Shown here: one piece after another, positions 55,064-64,000 of the stretch
Numbering within the stretch: the stretch's first letter is position 1
How the letters are laid out: each line of letters starts with the position of its first letter
Origin: Eledone cirrhosa
Lineage: Eukaryota
Direction: 5' to 3'
NCBI GenBank assembly: GCA_964016885.1
Contig: OZ024743.1
Coordinates: forward strand, 102,486,001 to 102,550,000
DNA length: 64,000 nt
Translations under genes and position numbers: made by a program
The notes under the pieces: generated by a model
Told to the model about the DNA's origin: nothing
The model's database searches: none
The model's input: only the letters and a program-made list of their open reading frames with translations

Positions 55064-56595
55064 AATTAGTATATCTAACAACATATTTATACAGGTGTAT
55101 ACTTACGCTAGCAAAGAAATAGGTTTTGTCTTAGTAACTTTGTGGTTCAATACAAAAAGATGCAGAACAATTATATAAAAGACGTAAAATAAGAAAATTA
55201 TAGTAATTAACTCACTTATTTAAATTTCACTCCAACTAATTAGTTTCTGAAAGGGGATATACATAGTCTCCAAATGGAGACAATGGAAAATCCTTTCTTC
55301 ATCAGGGAGTCATTCTCGGCTAAGATTCCTGGCGATTCGCGGACACAGGGATCAAATACAAAAATAATTCAGTGGATGGAAAAAAGCTAGCGAGGACTAA
55401 ATCCCAAGGCATTGAAAACTTCACTGCCTACCTGGTCAATGGCAAATACAAAAGAATCAATCACGTGACATCGAGGTTAATCAGTGAGGAGTGGGGTGTT
55501 AAAAAGACAGTAGCCAAGTTTAATACTATGAACCATAGTAGTAATTTAGGCAAATTTTTGCTCAACAAAATAATTTGAAGATAATTATAAAGAATTAGTA
55601 TATCTACCAACATATTTATACAGATGTATACTTACGCTAGTAAAGATATAGGTTTTGGCTTAGTATCTTTGTGGTTCAATACAAAGAGATGCAGAACAAT
55701 TATATAAAAGACGTAAAATAAGAAAATTATAGTAATTAACTCAGTTACTTAAATTTCACTCAAACTAATTAGTTTCTGAAAGGGGATATACATAGTCTCC
55801 AAATGGAGAATCCTTTCTTCATCAGGGAGTCATTCTCGGCTAAGATTCCTGGCGATTCGCGGGCACAGGGATCAAATACAAAAATAATTCAGCGGATGAA
55901 AAAAGCTAGCGAGGACTAAATCCCAAGCCATTGAAACTTCACTGCTTTCCTGGTCAGTGGCAAATTAAAAAGAATCAATCACGTGACATCGAGGTTTCAG
56001 AAACTAATTAGTTGGAGTAAAATTTAAGTAAGTGAGTTAATTACTATAATTTTCTTATTTTACGTCTTTTATATAATTGTTCTGCATCTCTTAGTATTGA
56101 ACCACAAATTTCTAAGACAAAACCTATATCTTTGCTAGCGTAAGTATACATCTGTATAAATATGTTGGTAGATATACTAATTCTTTATAATTATCTCCAA
56201 ATTATTTTGTTGAGCAAAAATATGCCTATATTACTACTATGGTTCATAGTATTAAACTTGGCTACGGTCTTTTTAACACCCCACTCGTCACTGATTAACC
56301 TCGATGTCACGTGATTGATTCTTTTTGAATTTGCCACTGATTAAGAAGGCAGTGAAGTTTTCAATGCCTTGGGATTTAGTCCTCGCTAGCTTTTTTCCAT
56401 CCACTGAATTATTTTTTGTATTTGATCCCTGTGTCCGCGAATCGCCAGGATTCTTAGCCGAGAATGACTCCCTGATGAAGAAAGGTTTCTCCATGGTCTC
56501 CATTTGGAGACTATGTATATCCCCTTTCAGAAACTAATTAGTTGGAGTGAAATTTAAGTAAGTGAGTTAATTACTATCATTTTCTTATTTTATGT

Positions 56596-56600
<5 letters not shown>
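55057..56600. mobile_element. Retrozyme-like array of 530-bp HHR units: about 1.8 units on minus, then about 1.1 units inverted on plus
   Basis: Unit restarts at 55057 and 55586; inversion near 55996; HHRs at 55229-55310 (-), 55758-55830 (-), a partial one at 55996-56018 (+) and 56467-56548 (+); (TA)n on both sides. Confidence 0.88.
56467..56548 (+). ncRNA. Type-I hammerhead of the 530-nt unit
   Basis: actcc-CTGATGA-a gaaagg...ggtctcca tt tggagact...cctttc a-GAAA-ct aatt a GTT-ggagt. Confidence 0.82.
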
Positions 56601-56651
<51 letters not shown>

Positions 56652-56653
<2 letters not shown>

Positions 56654-56834
56654 AGAATTGGAAGCGTTAAAAACCAGTTAGACCATTACTCACCTCAGTA
56701 CTCAATACTCTGGGTAGTAGTGTGAGTGATATGAAAAATTCCGGATCCTGAAAGCTGGGCTCCTTCCGTTTCAACAGCTAGATCGGATATATTTGTTAAA
56801 ACGACAGGAACTTTGCCGTCGGAGTCCCAAATTT
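56652..56834. mobile_element. Old rearranged relative of the 35-36 kb family
   Basis: agtactcaatact..gggtagtagtgtgagtgata (minus tail), ccgtttcaacagcta, then gccgtcggagtc (plus). Confidence 0.5.
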
Positions 56835-56970
<136 letters not shown>

Positions 56971-57976
56971 CGGGAGATGAATACAATCAAATAAATGGTA
57001 ACATTGCGCACCGAGTTCAAATATTGCACAGGTTTAATATGCCTTTCAATATTCGAATGTCAATAGAATTTATTTCAAATGAAGTATCAGTGTCGGCACA
57101 ATCCACCAAAATGTATGAAGGCACTGTCCTAGCATGCCTTCAGTTCGATCAGTTAAAACGGTATAAAAATAAAGTATTGAAATACTTCATCTATTGTATT
57201 TAATTGTTTAGAATAACATCAATAGATGAAACTCTTATTTCAATCTAATTACATCAAAGATCAACCCTTTTTTACGGCACTGATAGGTTAAAATAAATTG
57301 CACAAGCTATTTATAAACACATTTATACACAAATAATTTCTATCGTATTGTGTTTACAACTGTGTCAGGGTTTCAGCTCCGTAACTTAGCAGTTCCACAA
57401 AACAGATCAATATATATAATACCAGATTTGACAAAATATATGGTGGAGTGGAGAGGATATAATAAATAGCTTTAAGTTATGTCCCAGCAGTCTAATGACA
57501 GACACAAGAAAATGAGTAAAATCGGATACACATACACGTTTGTGTATTTCCGTACAAATTCAAAATCAAAAAATTAAGACAGAACCGGAATCAAAAAATT
57601 AAGACAAAACCGGAAGCTTGTACACAGGCTCGATTCACCACATACGCGCACACTCACTGCTTTACCAACCATATTCGAATTGCATACATAAATAACCAAA
57701 TATATATAAATATCAGTTACAAGAACAAAGAAATCAAGTTGTAGAACGGTACATTGAAAACAGCACAATTGTGTAACAAAGGAGTTTAACAAAGCAAACA
57801 ATACTTCATTGACGATTTTTTAAAACTCATTAAGAGCAATGAATTGAATAGAATCTAATGCATGTCTTTACCAGAGTGTATGTTGTTGTCCTACCAAAGC
57901 AGAATATCGTAGATTATTTGAATTGAAATTATCATATGTAGTGTTAATTGCTGTCATGTTACTTAATCTATATATC

Positions 57977-58007
<31 letters not shown>

Positions 58008-58099
58008 GGGAATCAGTAAAATCGAATCTCTGGCGGTTTGCAAGTAATTCGGCCTACTTATATGAAGTGATGGGTTAGCGAAGCTATTTAAACGTATAT

Positions 58100-58404
58100 A
58101 TATATATATATATATAACTGAGGATCTCTGTCTGTATGTGTGTGAGTTTGAATCTCTCAAACTCGAGAAGCACCCACCTTACTACTTTCAAACTTTACAC
58201 ATGTAATACTTAGGTTTCAGGGATGTTCTGAACAAAGAAAATTTCAAATTTTCACTGCCCTAGAGACCGCATTAGGCGATTTAGCTATCTCCCTCTATAA
58301 TTCTTAGTCTTTCGCTTTTTAAATAGACCCATACATATAACGTCGCGCACTTATAATATCTGTCTGTATGTCTGGCTGTCTGCATTGCGTCACTTCCCTG
58401 AGGA

Positions 58405-58502
<98 letters not shown>

Positions 58503-59103
58503 TGTCTGTCTGTGAGTTTGAATCCCTAAAACTCGAGAAGTACCGAACCGATATTTTTCAAACTTTACATGTGTATTACTCTTATTTCAGGGAGTGTTCT
58601 GCACACAAATAAATTCAACTTTTTGATCTCCTAGTGCCCGCATTAGGCGAAAAACTGCGTTTTTTAAGCTTTTAAGGTTTTTTGAGGCGTTACGTCAGAC
58701 CGATTTCCTTGAAATTGTAACTATGTATTAGTCAGTCTCTTCATCATACCGTTAGCAAAGAAAATCCAACTTGTTTATGGTTTAGGGCCCGCATAGGTGA
58801 AAAACTTCATTTTTTCATCTTTTTAGGGCTTTTTGGAGGCGTTACGTCTACCCGATTTTCCCGAAATTTCAAGGCATATTATGCACATTAAAAAAATTCA
58901 TTTTCTTGATCCCCTAGCATTAGGTGAAAACCTGCATTTTTCCTGCTTCATCGAGGAAAATCTTAAAGATTATCCAGCCATCAGTGTATTCGGTTTATTT
59001 TCTTTACATATTGTCCAGGCATGCAGTTTTTCCACGATTAGGTCTTTTGACGACCCGCGTTCCAAAATACCTTATCCCGTATAACTCCGGGTACCACTGC
59101 TAG
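58100..59103 (+). mobile_element. Non-autonomous Helitron with internal subrepeats and (GT)n
   Basis: 5' tatataactgaggat-ctgtctg...aaactcgagaag occurs twice, cgcattaggcga-type motifs recur, and the 3' hairpin cccgtataactccggg is followed by CTAG|T at 59100-59103. Confidence 0.75.
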
Positions 59104-59269
59104 TATATTAAACATATCTAAAATTATTTTTCGGAAATGTTTAAGTACTGACAGTTTATTTGAATCTTAATTGTTTCCACCCTTTCATATCTAATATGAA
59201 CACAATTTCTCAATAATTCCACGAAATCATCCTCTCATGCATACATGCCAAGTTTACTAGGTAAAACAG

Positions 59270-60600
59270 ATGATATATATTATTCTAATTCATATTAAAT
59301 ATTCGGCATGTTTAGTCTCGGTTGGGGATCGAGCCAGATCATTTGGAGACGGTTGTTTCCTATGAGATAGTTAGGAAATATTGTCTGAGGAGTGTCTTCC
59401 CAATTATCTTAGGAATAGGTGTACGAAGAAGTATCAATTTATGATATTTCTCTCTGCGTATGATGATGTATAACTATATTTATATTTTCCGTCTATAGAG
59501 AAATGATAAGGTTGAGCTTTCATAGAACGCAAGTGTAGTGAACAGAGGTGTATTAGTTTTGATAGTTTGATTGAGTGTCTGGTATTTGACGAACTTTCAA
59601 CGTTATCCCATCTGATGGTCCAAAGGCGTTACGTCATTTTTGCAATATGAAATAACATAAAGACTTATATACTCGTAATTTTGAATGAAATACTCCTAAT
59701 TGTGAAGCACGTTTATGGAAATATACAACCCACCCAAACATTGAAGTGCAATATACATTTCCATCGGTAATTGATTGGGTTTACTTTCTATTTTCATTAA
59801 GTTAAATTGCTCATTTAAATTTAATTGCGCATTTAGCCATGTAATTGTTTTGCATAACTTTCATAAAAACCTTATTCTTTCATATGAAATACAACTTCGC
59901 ATAGTTTTTATTCAAAGTTCTCCTTTAAATTCCTTCGTTTATCAATTATTCCATAGGAGCAATATTCTGTGCTATATCAATCGCTTTTAATGCACGCAAT
60001 ACGGTTCCAGCTTCTATCTAATAATGGTAATTTTTCTAAACAGCTGCTATCCTATTTTATGAGTCGGCTTCGCTAAAGTATTAGCGTAATAAGTATTGTT
60101 CAACAATGTCGATTCACTATACTTTCGCCAACGTTCTAACAAATGAATTCTGCAGCGTTTTATGAAATTGTCGTATTCACATTAGTTTTATTTTTCATCT
60201 CATTATTTCATATAATTAGGATTCCTTGTACAAGAGATTTGCCTCCTACACTTGAATATTTATTTATCATAATATTTTATTTTATGGCCGACGTTATGAA
60301 TTCTGTTATGTTATATTGTAACATTGCCAATATATCTTGATATCATCTATGTCTACTGTTACAAGGAATATTCAAATTAGAGTTGCTTCTATTGATACAG
60401 CTCTTAGTTTACAATTGGATTATCTGGGAACGCCTGTTGCTCATTATACAAATGAGTCTAACATAAACTATTATAGTAAACGAAGGCAAACCCGTAGATA
60501 ACTGAATCAAGTTGGTAGAACCTCGATTACTGAGTGAAATCAGTTAAATTTATTTCTTCCACAAATACTCTTCCTATCTCGACCTAGGGAAATGAGCTTT
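59270..60600 (-). mobile_element. Possible very old LINE reverse-transcriptase remnant
   Basis: Minus-strand TGVP and DIDDIKIY remnants near 60330-60440; heavily decayed. Confidence 0.35.
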
Positions 60601-60856
60601 CAAGAATACGCTATTAACTTCCGTAGTACTAATTGGATGATTGACGCATTTTATCATAGATAAAACTCAATCATATTTCAAGTAACATGCCAGATGTTCT
60701 ACTCCATATAGCAGGGTAAATTAAAGAGTCTTTTCAAATAATCAACACAATACGTATGTGTGTGTGCGCACCTGCCTATATATATATAGATATATACACA
60801 CACATACCCCCCCTCCCCCCCACACACACACAAACAAACTCACACACACACAAACA

Positions 60857-60934
<78 letters not shown>

Positions 60935-61014
60935 TTATATATGTGTAAACTGACGAGCAGATATTAAAAAACAAAAACATCACATACTTGGCAAAGAATT
61001 TCGAGACTGGTTAC

Positions 61015-61240
61015 AATGCTGGATTGTCAAAATTAGTAGAGCCCCGAGGAAAATGCCCTTGCGGTATTTTTTCTTGCTTGCTACATTCTGTGTTTCGATA
61101 TGGCTGAGGGTAATTTTGCTTTTCATCCCTTCGGAATCGATAAAAGACAGTATCTTTCAAGAACTAGAGTTGATATAATCAACCTGGCCCTTCTTCCAAA
61201 CTTTTAATGGTCTTGTACCTAAATAAAAAATCAATATTTT
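61015..61240 (+). mobile_element. Decayed SINE (family-A related)
   Basis: ttttgcttttcatcccttcggaatcgataaaag...ggtcttgtacctaaa. Confidence 0.6.
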
Positions 61241-61761
61241 TGACATTGGTGTGAATGTCACACAATCTCATCCATCCCTGAGTTAATTTGAATTGAGTCT
61301 AAAGGCCGCTAGTAAGACAAGGAACTAAGTCCTCAATAGGTTCACGTCCTGATTCAGGTATTAGGCTGGATAAACTATTGACAGTTTATCTAAGAATCTA
61401 TTTTCAAATAGTGGCCCCTAATAGTATCAGTCCACTTTCAGTAAGAGCCTCTGCCACTGTAAGCTCATGTAACATAATCTTCAACGAGAAGTGGACACAT
61501 TTCTATGTCAAAGGGAATGTTTATCATAATCACTTGAGTAGGCTGCAATAAAACAATAAAAAATCAAATTAAGCTAGGGAAATATCTAGACACCGTGTCG
61601 GATTTTAAATCCTGAACGTACGCAATTCAGTCTGCATATATTACTAATATTGACGACTTAATGAACGTCATGTTATGAGAATATTCAAAAACTGAATTGA
61701 ACGTTTGCTTTTACAAAGTTATTGGAAACATTTATTTTACCGTTTTTATCCTACATTCTAT

Positions 61762-62544
61762 GTAAGTATGTATACGTTAATACATATATGTATACAGACG
61801 TACAGTAGTATGTATATATATATACATACATGCACACATATATATATATATATGTACGGATGGATTCACCAAACATTTATTATAATGCTCGGTGTGTTTG
61901 TAAACAAACATCCCGTATTAAGCCGTAGTGTCTAGCAACTACCGTTGCTCGTTTGTTCAACACTGACAAAGGAACGCTGTACTAGTTTCAAGCTTGTTAG
62001 CTATCGTCAGCAACGTATATCTTCCTGCCAGATAGTTGAACGTCCGAAAGTATATACTTTCCTTATGCATATTAACGGGTGAGTAGCCCAATTTGCATAT
62101 CGAGTGGGTTAATCGGCCGGGTGCACCGAAAACGATAAACGGAAAAAATGAAACGAAATTTCATTTCCCACTCTTAGTACGGCTGTTACTTAAATATAAG
62201 TATGTATACGTACATACGTACATACATATATGTATACAGACGTACAGTAGTATGTATATATACATACATGCACACATATATATATATATATGTACGTATG
62301 GAATCACCAAACATTTATTATAATACTCGGTGTGTTTGTAAACAAACATCCCGTATTAAGCCGTACAGTGTCTAGCAACCACCGTTGCTCGTTTGTTCAA
62401 CACTGACAAAGGAACGCTGTACTAGTTTCAAGCTTGTTAGCTATCGTCAGCAACGTATACCTTCCTGTCAGATAGTTGAACGTCCGAAAGTATATACATT
62501 CTTTATGCATATTAACGGCTGAGTAGCCAATTTGCATATCGAGA
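61762..62544 (-). mobile_element. Retrozyme-like tandem repeat, about 1.8 x 440 bp, one HHR per unit
   Basis: Direct repeat with period 440; identical HHRs at 61974-62016 and 62414-62456 on minus. Confidence 0.88.
62414..62456 (-). ncRNA. 43-nt minimal hammerhead (second copy at 61974-62016)
   Basis: acgttg-CTGACGA-t agct aaca agct t-GAAA-c ta GTA-cagcgt; palindromic stem III ACTAGT. Confidence 0.88.
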
Positions 62545-63270
62545 CAAGTTCTCTTTAAACTCCCGTTGATAAAATCTTTCATGTGAGGGACCTGTCGGAA
62601 TTCTATAATTTCTCTGTTTCATATTGCTAGTTAGTTCAGTTGGAGGCACTACTGCTTTACTATTTCCTTATCGCAGAATGTATGCTTTTGAAGAATTCAT
62701 TACTTTTTTTCTGTGCAGTAGAATACAAAATATACGGTCACAAGAATAGCTGAGACTATATTAGGGCGGAAGATTTCTAATATCTATGACTAAGTCGATT
62801 AATTTTTAGAAAGGTAATTGAGTGAGTGAATGTTGTTAGATATCGCAGATTAATAGAGTACACGACGGCAAGCACTGTTGGCAAAACTGAAAATCTTTGT
62901 CAGTGTATGTATATCTGAATGATATAGTATTGAATGTCTATGGACCATTAACCCCTGATAAAGTCGTAGAGGTGCCGTCGTGACATATGACATTTTGAAC
63001 ATTGCTGAACTCATCCTCACCAGGTCTAACCATAACCGATGTCTACCAGAGAAGGAGAGATAGAGAGAGTGAGATATAGAGAAAGTGAGAAAAGGGAAGT
63101 AAGAAATAGATATAGAGAAAGAATCGATCCAAATACTAGACTGTTTGTTTTTTTATAACGATCTCGGGAGGATAAAAACCGAAGTGAACTCTGAACGCAG
63201 AAATCAGAAACGAATAACATAAAGCAATGTACCCGAGGCTCAAATGTCTATTCGCTGCCATTGTACATAT

Positions 63271-63337
<67 letters not shown>

Positions 63338-63425
63338 TACACACACGCACGGACACACAAATACACACACACATACACATAACAAACAACACACATACAC
63401 ACACGCACGCAAACACACACACACA
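63271..63425. repeat. (CA)n microsatellite
   Basis: Read directly. Confidence 0.95.
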
Positions 63426-63507
63426 TATATATAATATCAATTTCGATGAGGATGATCAGATGTACGTGTAACTTCTAAATTAATATGTAGGGGGATGATT
63501 ATTCCAT

Positions 63508-63537
<30 letters not shown>

Positions 63538-63542
<5 letters not shown>

Positions 63543-63719
63543 AAGGAAATGTGGTAAGGAACCAGATGGACCATAACGCACCAAAGTACTCAATACTTAG
63601 GGTAGTAGAGTGGGTAATAGGAACGAGTAGGACCCCGACGGCTGAGCTCAAGCCGTTTCGACGGCTAATTCTGGACTAAAATGTTTTAGTCCAGAATTAG
63701 CCGTCGGGGTCCTACTCGG

Positions 63720-63722
<3 letters not shown>
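63538..63722. mobile_element. Miniature fold-back copy of the 35-36 kb family, between (TA)n tracts
   Basis: Minus-strand tail and HHR 3' half, then hairpin gacggctaattctggactaaaa-tg-ttttagtccagaattagccgtc, then ggggtcctactcg. Confidence 0.85.
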
Positions 63723-63915
<193 letters not shown>

Positions 63916-64000
63916 TGTTATACTTTGGGAGGGTCATGTTGCCAATAAGAAACACACGCACCAGTTGCTTTCACTTCAATTTATTATAATAAATTTATAA

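Overview
AT-rich eukaryotic DNA dense in (TA)n, (CA)n and (GA)n microsatellites, most likely a cephalopod (octopus-like) genome; this is inferred from the repeat families, not proven. Most ORFs in the track are microsatellite or repeat artefacts. I can support only one host exon (52862-53179, +), which resembles the amino-terminal LIVBP-like domain of an NMDA-type ionotropic glutamate receptor, so most of the window is probably intron or flank. The rest holds more than 20 tRNA-like SINE copies, decayed RTE and CRE-like LINEs, one mariner, Helitron pieces and two Penelope-like (PLE) GIY-YIG fragments. The main finding is about 20 type-I hammerhead ribozyme (HHR) motifs, read by eye, in about 11 sequence families. 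They occur as (a) head-to-head inverted repeats whose 3' ends point outward into (TA)n tracts, (b) two HHR-delimited tandem units of about 530 and 440 nt (retrozyme-like, predicted circular RNAs), and (c) the 3' end of a GIY-YIG PLE. Several have non-canonical cores: CCGUCGA in two unrelated families, UUGAUAA with U3-A8 covariation, and CAGAAGA. All folds are manual and no cleavage activity has been shown.
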